From the NCBI GenBank assembly GCA_036351255.1, contig JAZBOS010000016.1, positions 23,715 through 87,714 of the forward strand: a DNA stretch of 64,000 nt, written 5' to 3'. Below are positions 28,067 to 37,602 of this stretch, piece after piece; position 1 is the stretch's first letter; the number at the start of each line of letters is the position of its first letter. The DNA comes from Bacteroides sp. GTDB lineage: Bacteria; Bacteroidota; Bacteroidia; Bacteroidales; UBA7960. A program made the translations under genes and the position numbers. The notes under the pieces were generated by a model. The model saw nothing but the letters and a program-made list of their open reading frames with translations. It ran no database searches and had not been told where the DNA came from.

Positions 28067-29559
28067 CAGGAAAGTTCCTTTCGCAACCTGGCCACGGGAA
28101 TATCCAGTTGCTCGCGGTACTTGGCCACCGTACGGCGTGCAATGTTGTAACCCCTGTTCTTTAAAATGGCAGCCAATTCTTCGTCGGTGACCGGCTTATT
28201 TTTGTCTTCGGCTTCCACACAATCCTGCAGGATCTTTTTCACCTCGCGGGTGGACACCTCTTCTCCCGATTCATTCTGCATCGACTCAGAGAAAAAGGTT
28301 TTCAGGAGGAAGGTACCATAGGGGGTCTGAACATATTTGCTGTTGGCCACCCTGGAAATTGTGGAAATGTCGAGTTTGACGATATCGGCAATGTCCTTCA
28401 GGATCATGGGTCGCAGTTTCGTCTCATCCCCGGTCAGGAAATATTCCTTCTGGTATTTGAGAATGGCTTCCATCGTGACCAGTAAGGTATTCTGCCGTTG
28501 GCGGATGGCATCAATGAACCACTTTGCGCTGTCGAGTTTCTGCTTGACAAACAACAGCGCTTCCTTCTGTCTTGAGTCGACCTTTCCTTTTGATTCGGCC
28601 ATGGTCTCGAGCATCTCAGAATAGGTGCGATTGATGCGCAGGTCCGGGGCATTGCGGGAATTCAGAGATAGTTCTATTTCCTCATCGCTGACGGTGATAT
28701 AGAAGTCGGGCACAATATACTGCGAAGCTTTGCCGGAGTCGCTCAGGGAGTTACCCGGTTTGGGATTGAGCTTCAGAATCTCATCGATGGCCTCTTTGAG
28801 TTCATCATCACTGAAGTTGTGCTTTTTCTGAATCTTATCAAAATGCTTTTTGGTGAAATCATTGAAGTTCTTTTCGAGCAAGAGGGTAGCATTAACCACG
28901 GTGGGGGTTCGTGGGGTTTTACGCCGGATTTGCAGCAAAAGACATTCCTGGAGGTCGCGGGCACCTACGCCAGGAGGATCAAATTGCTGAATCACCCTGA
29001 TCAGGCCTAACACTTCCTTAAAATTGCTCTTGATATTCTGGTTGAATGCCAGGTCATCAATCAGCGAATGAATATCGCGCTGCAAATATCCCGATTCATC
29101 AATATTCCCTATGATATGGGTTGCAATCAGTTGTTCCCTCTCATTGAGTTTTCGCAGGCCAAGCTGAGCCAGCAAAAGCTCCTGAAAGCTGGTTCCTGAA
29201 GCAAAAGGGATCTCCCTGTGTTCATCGTCGGCGCTGGTGTTTTGGGCATTCAGACGGTAGGCTGGGATTTCGTCATCGTCGATATAGTCGCTCAGGTCAA
29301 ACTCATCATCCTGATTGCGTTCGGGTTCATCTTTACCCATATCGTCATCCGCCCCATCCAAAGATTCATCAAAATCATCAAACTGATCTTCGATTTCTTC
29401 GGCATCATCGGGGCCTTCCTCAAGCGCAGGATTTTCTTCGATTTCCTGCTTTATCCGCTGTTCGAGCAAAACGGTAGGCACCTGCAAAAGCTTCATGAGC
29501 TGAATCTGCTGGGGAGACAGCTTTTGCAACAGCTTTTGTTGAAGTCTCTGTTTAAGCAT
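28066..29559 (-). CDS. rpoN: RNA polymerase sigma-54 factor
   Basis: N-terminal Gln/Leu-rich region I, an acidic region II, and the C-terminal RpoN box ARRTVAKYR. Confidence 0.95.
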   Translation of the reverse strand: MLKQRLQQKLLQKLSPQQIQLMKLLQVPTVLLEQRIKQEIEENPALEEGPDDAEEIEDQFDDFDESLDGADDDMGKDEPERNQDDEFDLSDYIDDDEIPAYRLNAQNTSADDEHREIPFASGTSFQELLLAQLGLRKLNEREQLIATHIIGNIDESGYLQRDIHSLIDDLAFNQNIKSNFKEVLGLIRVIQQFDPPGVGARDLQECLLLQIRRKTPRTPTVVNATLLLEKNFNDFTKKHFDKIQKKHNFSDDELKEAIDEILKLNPKPGNSLSDSGKASQYIVPDFYITVSDEEIELSLNSRNAPDLRINRTYSEMLETMAESKGKVDSRQKEALLFVKQKLDSAKWFIDAIRQRQNTLLVTMEAILKYQKEYFLTGDETKLRPMILKDIADIVKLDISTISRVANSKYVQTPYGTFLLKTFFSESMQNESGEEVSTREVKKILQDCVEAEDKNKPVTDEELAAILKNRGYNIARRTVAKYREQLDIPVARLRKELS

Positions 29560-29670
29560 GGAACAACTTCATTTAATATTTCTCACGAACACAGGGCCGT
29601 TGAAAAACCCTTTATGATACTATAACGTAAACCAAATTAAAAAAAATTCTATTTCAAAGCAAACGGAGGT

Positions 29671-31086
29671 TTAAAATTCTGCATTCTGGGGCGTTCTCGG
29701 AAATGGGATGACATCACGGATGTTTCCCATACCGGTCACAAACAGCATCAGACGTTCAAATCCCAGCCCAAAACCGCTGTGCGGAGCGGTGCCAAACTTC
29801 CGGGTATCCAGATACCACCACACATCCTGCTCATGAATACCCATTTCCTTAATTTTTCCATACAATTTGTCGTAATCCTCTTCGCGCTGAGAACCACCGA
29901 TGATCTCACCGATCTTGGGAAAGAGCACATCCATGGCTCGAACGGTTTTCCCATCGTCATTAAGTTTCATATAAAAAGCCTTGATCTCTTTTGGATAATC
30001 CGTGAGAATAACCGGCTTCTTAAAATGTTTCTCCACCAGGAAGCGCTCATGCTCGGCCTGCAGGTCAACACCCCAGCTTACCGGGAACTCGAATGGATGA
30101 CCCGAGGACATCAGAATCTCAATCGCTTTGGTATAGGTCAGGCGTTCAAAAGTGTTGTTGATGACAAAGTTGAGCCGTTCGATTAATTCATTGTCATACA
30201 TTTTTTGCAGGAACTCCAAGTCATCGGGGCAGTTTTCGAGCAAATAGCGGATCAGATACTTGAGGAAATCCTCAGCCAGATCCATGTTATCCTTAATGTC
30301 GTAAAAGGCCATTTCGGGTTCTATCATCCAGAACTCGGCCAGGTGGCGGGTTGTATTTGAGTTTTCGGCCCTGAAGGTTGGTCCGAAGGTATAAATGCTT
30401 GAAAGTGCAAGGGCGCCGAGCTCGCCTTCCAGTTGTCCTGAAACGGTCAGGTTTGTTTCCTTCCCAAAAAAATCCTGAGAGAATTCGATCTTCCCTTCCG
30501 GCGTCCGTGGCAGGTTGTCAAGGTCGAGGGTGGTTACCCTGAACATGGCACCTGCCCCTTCAGCATCCGAACCAGTAATGATGGGGGTGTGAAGATAATA
30601 AAAGCCACGGTCGTTGAAGTATTTGTGAATGGCAAAAGCCAGGGCGTGACGAATGCGAAAGATGGCGCCAAAAGTATTGGTGCGGGGGCGCAGGTGGGCG
30701 ATCTCGCGTAAAAACTCAAGGGTATGCCCCTTCTTCTGCAAGGGATATTTTTCGGGATCAGCACCACCATACAATTCAATTTCGCTGGCGATGATCTCGA
30801 GCGATTGACCCTTGCCCTGGGATTCCATCAGACGTCCATTGACCGAAATACACGATCCGGTATTAACCTGCCTCAACAGCTCGTCATTGTTAAATGTCTG
30901 AACATCCACAACAACCTGGATATTATGTATGATGGAACCATCGTTGAGCGCAATAAAATTCACGTTTTTATTGCCGCGCCGGGTCCTGACCCAGCCTTTG
31001 ACGTTCACTTCCTGGCCGATCAGATGGTTGGCATTTCCCTTCAACAAATCAAAAATTCTTTGTCTTTTCAGTCCTTGCATTTTCAT
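29671..31086 (-). CDS. asnS: asparagine--tRNA ligase
   Basis: Class IIb aaRS: OB-fold N-terminus, motif 2 [21 protein letters not shown], and motif 3 GFGLGFERL. Confidence 0.95.
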   Translation of the reverse strand: MKMQGLKRQRIFDLLKGNANHLIGQEVNVKGWVRTRRGNKNVNFIALNDGSIIHNIQVVVDVQTFNNDELLRQVNTGSCISVNGRLMESQGKGQSLEIIASEIELYGGADPEKYPLQKKGHTLEFLREIAHLRPRTNTFGAIFRIRHALAFAIHKYFNDRGFYYLHTPIITGSDAEGAGAMFRVTTLDLDNLPRTPEGKIEFSQDFFGKETNLTVSGQLEGELGALALSSIYTFGPTFRAENSNTTRHLAEFWMIEPEMAFYDIKDNMDLAEDFLKYLIRYLLENCPDDLEFLQKMYDNELIERLNFVINNTFERLTYTKAIEILMSSGHPFEFPVSWGVDLQAEHERFLVEKHFKKPVILTDYPKEIKAFYMKLNDDGKTVRAMDVLFPKIGEIIGGSQREEDYDKLYGKIKEMGIHEQDVWWYLDTRKFGTAPHSGFGLGFERLMLFVTGMGNIRDVIPFPRTPQNAEF

Positions 31087-31439
31087 TTCAATGTTTTTGC
31101 CAATTTACCTGTGCTATTTGGGCTACAAAAATAACACAATTCCTGGTATTCCGGCGTTGAAGGTTTTATGCTGTTTTTCTGTTCAATCATTTAAAAAAAA
31201 TTAAGTGAAAAATATTTTTTCTGATTCAAAAAAGCTATTTATAAAATTTTTTATTAATATTGTCCTAATAATAGTCTGGTATATGTGCATTCCTTTGCCT
31301 GACTTTCAACAAAAACCATAACCAGTGCCCTGACAGTGGGTTTTCCTTTACGGATAAATTAAAGACAGGATAGGTTTCGCCTGAATTAAATTCATCCTGA
31401 TTTCAGCAATATTATTCAAACCAACCAAAACCAGCATTT

Positions 31440-34379
31440 ATGAACCGAAGATCTTTACTTCTTTTGATGCTGTTTTTATTACCTGCTTTAGCTTTCGGGC
31501 AAAGGATCACGGTAACGGGAACAGTAACCTCGGTGATGGAGAACAACATTTCCCTTCCCGGCGTCACGGTCATGGTAAAAAACACTAGCCAGGGGACCAC
31601 TTCCGATATCAATGGAAGATACCGGGTCGAAGCCAATGCCAACGATACCCTGGTATTTTCGTATGTAGGCATGGTTACTACAGAAATTCCGATTATGGGG
31701 CAGATCCAGATTGATGTGGGGATGGAACTCGATGTTGCCCGTCTGGGTGAAGTTATTGTAGTGGGATATGGTACTGAGTCGAGCCGCCTGGTATCGGGAT
31801 CATTGGGTGTGGTAAGTGAAACGGAAATCCGCGATGTCCCGCTGCGTACCATTGATGGGGTGCTTCAGGGCCGTTCGGCAGGGGTGCAAATCAGCCAGAA
31901 CTCGGGGACCCCTGGTTCGGCAACCACGGTAAGGATTCGGGGTAACAGCTCCATTACAGCCGGCAACCAACCTTTATACGTCATCGATGGCATCCCCATG
32001 ATCACCGGAAACTATGGGCAGGTTGGATTCTCGGGGCAGGGCATCAATGCCCTTTCCGACATCAACCCCAGCGACATTGAATCTATCACTGTTCTGAAAG
32101 ATGCTTCGGCAGCTGCCATTTACGGGGCAAGGGCCACCAATGGGGTCATCCTTATCACCACCCGCCGTGGTAGTAAGCAGCGTACCAACATCACCTTCAA
32201 TGCAAGCAGTGGCATCCAGGAAGTTGTCGAAGTGCAGGAAATGATCAATGCCGAGCAGTGGCATGAATATAAAGGTACTCAGCCCGATCCTGGCAATCCT
32301 GTCGACGTAGACTGGCTTGATAAGGTATTCAGGGTGGCTCCGATGAGCAGCTATGAGTTTTCGGCCAGCGGAGGCGACGCTTCCACACGGTTTTTCATTT
32401 CAGGAAACTATTACAACCAGGAAGGCGTCCTGCTGGGTACTGATTACCAGCGTTTGAACGGGCGGCTTAACCTGGATCACACCATGAATGAACACGTGAA
32501 ACTGGGGGCAAGTTTCGGGGCAAGTTATTCCCTGAACAACCGGGTAGAGGGCGACCGCTCATTGAACGGGGTTTTGCCCAACGCCCTGACCATGCCTCCC
32601 ATTCACCCCGTTTATAATGAAGACGACACATACAATGAAGACGGCCCCTATGCCAACCCGGTAGCCATTGGCAAGGAAGCCATCAACGAGGCCCATTCAT
32701 TCAGAACCCTTGGAAATGCCTTTGTTGACATAACCTTTTTAAAACATCTTACGGTAAGTACAAAGTGGGGTTTTGACTATTTGAGCCTTCGTGAACACAG
32801 CTTTGATCCACCAACGACCCGGCAGGGAGCCCGTTCAAACGGGATTGGCATTGCAGGTCAGAACAATGTATTAAATATTGTATCAAACAACCTGTTGCGG
32901 TACAGCAATTCGTTCAAGGGTCTTCATAATCTGGAAGCACTAGCTGGTTATTCATTCGAGATATTTCAGCGGCGCAACCAATACGCCCGTGGCGTGGATT
33001 TTCCGGGGCCATTTTTTGAATACCTTGCCGAAGCAGCTACGATTACATCCTCTTATGCGAGAGCAGTGAATCGGGGCATGAGCTCATATTTCGGGCAAGT
33101 AAAATACAACTACGACTATCGTTACATTGTTACGCTGAGTGGAAGGTATGACGGTTCAACCAAATTTGGTGAGAACAACAAATATGGTTTTTTCCCGGCC
33201 GTCTCCCTGGCCTGGAGGGTTACTGAAGAGTCCTTTTTTCAGCCACTCAACGATATCTTTGACGAATTCAGAATGAGGGCCAGTTATGGCCTTACCGGTA
33301 ATGATGGCATCCCGGATTTTGCCTATCTGAATTTATATGGAGGCGGTGCCAATTATCTGGGAGGAGCAGGCATTGTGCCATCACAGCTTCCAAATCCTGA
33401 TTTGAAATGGGAAACAACAGCCCAGATCAATGTCGGACTTGATCTGGCCGTTTTGGATGAGCGGATTAGCCTGGCAGTGGACTATTATCACAACCGGACA
33501 AAGGACCTCTTGTTCGACCGGCCGGTTTCCATGACCTCTGGTTTCTATTCTATCACCACCAATATTGGAGAGCTGGAAAACCGTGGAATTGAACTATCAC
33601 TGACAACTGTCAATGTGCGAACCGAAGCGTTTGAATGGGATTCACGCTTAAACATCAGCCGCAACCGGAATAAGATCCTTTCGCTTTACAAAAACCAGCC
33701 ACTTGACAACCTTGACCGCTACAGCCCAAGCATTGTCATGGTAGGTGAGCCCATGAGTATATTTTTCGGGTACAGGAGCCTTGGCGTAGACCCCTCCACC
33801 GGCGATATCGTGTTTGATGACGTTAATGGTGATGGAATAATTAATGCTGAGGACCGCGTCAAAATCGGGGACCCCAATCCAAAATTCACCGGAGGCTTTA
33901 CCAACAATTTAACTTATAAGCAGTTTGAGCTGAGTTTGTTCCTGCAGTTCTCTTATGGCAATGATATTTTCAACGCGAACCGGGTATTCATAGAGGCCAT
34001 GAAAGGCGCTGACAACCAAAGCACAGCCATCCTGAGGCGCTGGCGTCAGCCCGGGGATATTACAGATATTCCAAGGGCCACCGAGAACGACCCAAACAAC
34101 AACAACCGCATTTCTTCGCGCTTTGTTGAAGATGGCTCCTACCTGAGGATAAAAAACCTGACCTTCTCCTATCTTCTGAACCAGCGACTGGCAGAAAGAC
34201 TGAAATTAAGAAGCACCAGAATCTTTTTATCTGCACAGAATCTGCTGACTTTTACCAATTATTCGGGTATGGATCCCGAAGTGAACTATACTGGTGACAG
34301 CAACCTGTTAAGGGGAACCGATTTCTTCACCTATCCCCAGGCCAGGACTTTTTCTATTGGTATTAATTTGGGATTATAA
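31440..34379 (+). CDS. SusC/RagA-family TonB-dependent outer-membrane transporter
   Basis: Signal peptide, CarboxypepD_reg-like domain (ITVTGTVTS..PGVTVMVKNT..GTTSDINGRY), TonB box/plug (EVIVVGYG), a 22-strand barrel, and a C-terminal aromatic residue. No STN domain. Confidence 0.95.
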   Translation: MNRRSLLLLMLFLLPALAFGQRITVTGTVTSVMENNISLPGVTVMVKNTSQGTTSDINGRYRVEANANDTLVFSYVGMVTTEIPIMGQIQIDVGMELDVARLGEVIVVGYGTESSRLVSGSLGVVSETEIRDVPLRTIDGVLQGRSAGVQISQNSGTPGSATTVRIRGNSSITAGNQPLYVIDGIPMITGNYGQVGFSGQGINALSDINPSDIESITVLKDASAAAIYGARATNGVILITTRRGSKQRTNITFNASSGIQEVVEVQEMINAEQWHEYKGTQPDPGNPVDVDWLDKVFRVAPMSSYEFSASGGDASTRFFISGNYYNQEGVLLGTDYQRLNGRLNLDHTMNEHVKLGASFGASYSLNNRVEGDRSLNGVLPNALTMPPIHPVYNEDDTYNEDGPYANPVAIGKEAINEAHSFRTLGNAFVDITFLKHLTVSTKWGFDYLSLREHSFDPPTTRQGARSNGIGIAGQNNVLNIVSNNLLRYSNSFKGLHNLEALAGYSFEIFQRRNQYARGVDFPGPFFEYLAEAATITSSYARAVNRGMSSYFGQVKYNYDYRYIVTLSGRYDGSTKFGENNKYGFFPAVSLAWRVTEESFFQPLNDIFDEFRMRASYGLTGNDGIPDFAYLNLYGGGANYLGGAGIVPSQLPNPDLKWETTAQINVGLDLAVLDERISLAVDYYHNRTKDLLFDRPVSMTSGFYSITTNIGELENRGIELSLTTVNVRTEAFEWDSRLNISRNRNKILSLYKNQPLDNLDRYSPSIVMVGEPMSIFFGYRSLGVDPSTGDIVFDDVNGDGIINAEDRVKIGDPNPKFTGGFTNNLTYKQFELSLFLQFSYGNDIFNANRVFIEAMKGADNQSTAILRRWRQPGDITDIPRATENDPNNNNRISSRFVEDGSYLRIKNLTFSYLLNQRLAERLKLRSTRIFLSAQNLLTFTNYSGMDPEVNYTGDSNLLRGTDFFTYPQARTFSIGINLGL

Positions 34380-34382
34380 AAC

Positions 34383-35738
34383 ATGAAAACAATGAAACGT
34401 ATCATTTTCCTGATATCAATTTTTGTAATGGTTTTCCCGGGTTGCGACGTGTTGAACGTTGACCCAAACCATTCCATTCCGGCCGATCAGGCCATCACCA
34501 ATGCCGAAGAAGTGGAGCGGGGCATCATCGGCTGTTACGATGCGATGCAAAGTGGCAGTTACTATGGTTTACACTATTTCGTTTTTGGCGACCTTCTTGC
34601 CGATAATCTAAGGTTTTCCGGGGTGACTATCAGTTATGCCGAATTGGACAATAATTCCATCCTGGCTGACAATGGGCTGGTAGAAGGGGTTTGGGCCTCC
34701 ATTTATGACCTACTGAACCGGGTTAATAATGTGGTCGCACAGATTCCAGGTATTGAATCCATGAGCGATGCTGAGAAAAATGCGGCCCTCGCTGAGTTAT
34801 ATTTCCTTAGGGCATTAGGGCATTACGACCTTATGCGGCTTTACGGTCCCATACCACTGAGAACAGAACCCGCTTCGGGAGATGAAGAAAGTCTCAATAA
34901 ACCCAGGGAGTCCATTGAGGTAGTTCTAAGCCAGATCAACACCGACCTGGATTTTGCCATTAGCCATCTTGCATCGGAAATTATTACAGGAAGGGCTTCC
35001 AGTGTTGCTGCCCGGGGATTAAAGGCCAGGGTTGCCTTACACCAGTACTACCTGACCAGCGATCAGACCTTCCTGACGACTGCAAAGGAAAATGCAAGCG
35101 CAGTGATCGACAATCCCAATCTTGAGATTGAACCGGATTACAGTATTTTGTTTTCAGGGGTTGCAAACCGTGAGTCGATTTTTGAGATTGATTTCAATGA
35201 ACAGGACTGGAATCGCATGGCACAGTATTTCTTTTACACCTCTCTTAGCGGACGTTACGAGTTTGCCCCCACCGAGTTTTACCTGAACTCCTTTGCGCCT
35301 GACGATGTCCGTAAAGACATCTCTATTGAATATTATGGTGCAAATCCTTATGTGTATAAATATTCAGACATTGAGACCGGCACCGATAATATTTATGTGC
35401 TTCGGCTCGCCGAGATGCATCTGATCCGTGCCGAAGCGGAGATCCTGTTGCAAGGCGATCTGGAGGCCATACGCGCTGATATTAACGCCATCAGGGAAAG
35501 GGCAGGTCTGATTCCCACCACCAGTTCAAATTATGCGGCTTTGCTGCTTGAAGTGGAATCACAGCGCCAGAAAGAGTTTGCCTTTGAAGGGCACCGATGG
35601 TTCGACCTGGTAAGGACCGGCAGGGCCTTGGATGTTCTACCAAACGTGACCAACATCAACCAAACCCTTTTTCCGATCCCACTCAACGAAATCCTGGCCA
35701 ATGACAACCCGGGAATGTTTCAAAACGAGGGTTATTAA
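34383..35738 (+). CDS. SusD/RagB-family outer-membrane lipoprotein
   Basis: Lipobox (VFPGC). TPR-like SusD features (RALGHYDLMRLYG, RAE, KEFAFEGHRWFDLVRTG, PIP..E). Starts 3 nt after susC. Confidence 0.95.
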   Translation: MKTMKRIIFLISIFVMVFPGCDVLNVDPNHSIPADQAITNAEEVERGIIGCYDAMQSGSYYGLHYFVFGDLLADNLRFSGVTISYAELDNNSILADNGLVEGVWASIYDLLNRVNNVVAQIPGIESMSDAEKNAALAELYFLRALGHYDLMRLYGPIPLRTEPASGDEESLNKPRESIEVVLSQINTDLDFAISHLASEIITGRASSVAARGLKARVALHQYYLTSDQTFLTTAKENASAVIDNPNLEIEPDYSILFSGVANRESIFEIDFNEQDWNRMAQYFFYTSLSGRYEFAPTEFYLNSFAPDDVRKDISIEYYGANPYVYKYSDIETGTDNIYVLRLAEMHLIRAEAEILLQGDLEAIRADINAIRERAGLIPTTSSNYAALLLEVESQRQKEFAFEGHRWFDLVRTGRALDVLPNVTNINQTLFPIPLNEILANDNPGMFQNEGY

Positions 35739-35757
35739 TTGCTAACGAGAAAAACGA

Positions 35758-36657
35758 ATGGCTATGCAAACACGAAAAACATACGGCATGATAGGATCCA
35801 TCATGATGACTATGATCATGCTATTTTCCTCATGCGAGGATGAAGGATTTGACGTTCCCCTTCCAAGTACACAAGCCGACTTTGATTATGAAGTTGAGGT
35901 ATTTATTGACGAGGACACGGGGCAAGAGTCTTTTGGGGTGCAATTGACCAATAAATCCATCGAGGCAGAATCCTATTCCTGGGATTTCGGTAATGGGGAA
36001 ACCTCAACCGAAGAAAATCCCTATATCTTATACACTACATCGGGACAGTATACAATCAGGCTTGAAATAACCAGCGCCCATCAGTTGCATTACAACAACC
36101 TGACCAAAAGCGTTACCTTAACACTTGGGAAACAGGTTGTCTATGCTGAGGACTTTTTAGACGGTGTTCCCGACAATGATGAATTCTGGCTTCCCGAAGG
36201 ATGGCAAGCAATTGATAATGACGGAGATGGTTTTAACTGGTATTTTGCCGTCAGAAATGGTTTAGGACAAATGCGTAGCCAGTCCTACGATTCTTCAAAC
36301 GACGCAGCCCTTAATCCTGACAACTGGCTGATTCTGCCAGAAATTGACCTAACCACCACTGCTGATGGCGCACTTGTCACCTTCAGGTATACGGTTGGGG
36401 TTTCCGCATCTACCCCCAGATACCGAAAAGAACATTATGGTATTTTTGTTTCAGCAGGCAATGATGCCCTGGAGAATTTCACCCTGCTTTTCGAGGAAAC
36501 CTTCACTGAAGAAACGCCCCAATGGACCGCTTTGGAAAGAACCGTTGATCTCTCAGCATATGCCGGGGAAACCATTTACGTGGCCATTCGCCATTATGGA
36601 GTCACCGACATGGACCGTATGTTTGTGGATGAGGTGGAAGTTTATAAAATTGAGTAA
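35758..36657 (+). CDS. surface lipoprotein with a PKD-like domain and a choice-of-anchor-J/cleaved-adhesin-like domain
   Basis: Lipobox (LFSSC). PKD motif YSWDFGNGETS..YTTSGQYTIRLEI. C-terminal W..IDNDGDGFNWYF..NPDNWLILPEIDL..YVAIRHYG..FVDEVEV. Confidence 0.7.
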   Translation: MAMQTRKTYGMIGSIMMTMIMLFSSCEDEGFDVPLPSTQADFDYEVEVFIDEDTGQESFGVQLTNKSIEAESYSWDFGNGETSTEENPYILYTTSGQYTIRLEITSAHQLHYNNLTKSVTLTLGKQVVYAEDFLDGVPDNDEFWLPEGWQAIDNDGDGFNWYFAVRNGLGQMRSQSYDSSNDAALNPDNWLILPEIDLTTTADGALVTFRYTVGVSASTPRYRKEHYGIFVSAGNDALENFTLLFEETFTEETPQWTALERTVDLSAYAGETIYVAIRHYGVTDMDRMFVDEVEVYKIE

Positions 36658-36672
36658 GATATTTGTGGTTTT

Positions 36673-36702
36673 AAAAAGCCAGCGCAATGCTGGCTTTTTT
36701 TT
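36673..36702 (+). terminator. intrinsic terminator between the Sus-like genes and cyanophycinase
   Basis: Stem agccagc/gctggct, 5-nt loop, then an 8-T run, flanked by an upstream A-run. Confidence 0.8.
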
Positions 36703-36729
36703 ATTTTCGCATAACCAAAACACAACGAC

Positions 36730-37590
36730 ATGAGAATTCTGATATTATTTTTTTCGGTTCTTTTTCTGATGGCTTCCTGTCAATCGCCTGAAACGGGGAA
36801 TGAGGATGTTTCTGAAGCCCCCAAGGGCAGTTTGTTTATTATAGGTGGCGGCAGTCGCCCGGATGCCATGGTGCAGCGGATGGTCACCGAATCAGGGGTG
36901 GATCAAACAGGATATGTGGTCATTCTTCCCATGGCCTCCAGTGAGCCCGATTCGGCTATCCTGTGGTCAGCCCAGCAATTTCTGGATAATGGTGTCAGCC
37001 CGGTGGTGGGGTTCAATTTTTTGCCGGGTATGATTCCTGGTGAGGCTCGTCTGGATTCCCTCAGAAAGGCGTCCCTGATCTATATTAGTGGAGGCGATCA
37101 GAACCGGTTCATGGATATTGTGAGAGGCACACCAATTGCGGATGCTATCCATGAAGCTTATTTGTCAGGGGCATTGATTGCCGGCACCAGTGCGGGCGCG
37201 GCCCTGATGAGCGGAAAAATGATTACGGGCACTGAATTGAAATATCCCGATTACCGGCCCACTTTCCGCAGCCTGGAATCAAACAACCTTGAACTTGAGC
37301 CGGGTTTGGGGCTTATTCATACAGCGATTGTGGATCAGCATTTTGTTTGGCGCAGCCGTCACAATAGACTGCTTTCAGCGATCCTTGAGTATCCTGACCT
37401 ACTGGGCATTGGCATCGATGAATCGACAGCCCTGCTGGTGAAGGGTAATTCAGCTGAAGTGATCGGACTTTCGCAGGTAATGGTATACGCCAATCCCTTG
37501 AAAAAAGTAAATAACATAAATGGAAAACTGGGCGCCACCGGCCTGACACTGGATATTTATTTGCCGGGCGAAAAATTTTCACTCAAATAA
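36730..37590 (+). CDS. cyanophycinase (peptidase S51) with lipoprotein signal peptide
   Basis: Lipobox (LMASC). LFIIGGG, ISGGDQNRF, the nucleophile motif GTSAGAA, and VDQHFVWRSRHNRLL match cyanophycinase (CphB/CphE) signatures. Confidence 0.85.
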   Translation: MRILILFFSVLFLMASCQSPETGNEDVSEAPKGSLFIIGGGSRPDAMVQRMVTESGVDQTGYVVILPMASSEPDSAILWSAQQFLDNGVSPVVGFNFLPGMIPGEARLDSLRKASLIYISGGDQNRFMDIVRGTPIADAIHEAYLSGALIAGTSAGAALMSGKMITGTELKYPDYRPTFRSLESNNLELEPGLGLIHTAIVDQHFVWRSRHNRLLSAILEYPDLLGIGIDESTALLVKGNSAEVIGLSQVMVYANPLKKVNNINGKLGATGLTLDIYLPGEKFSLK

Positions 37591-37602
37591 TTCGGTATTC
37601 CT

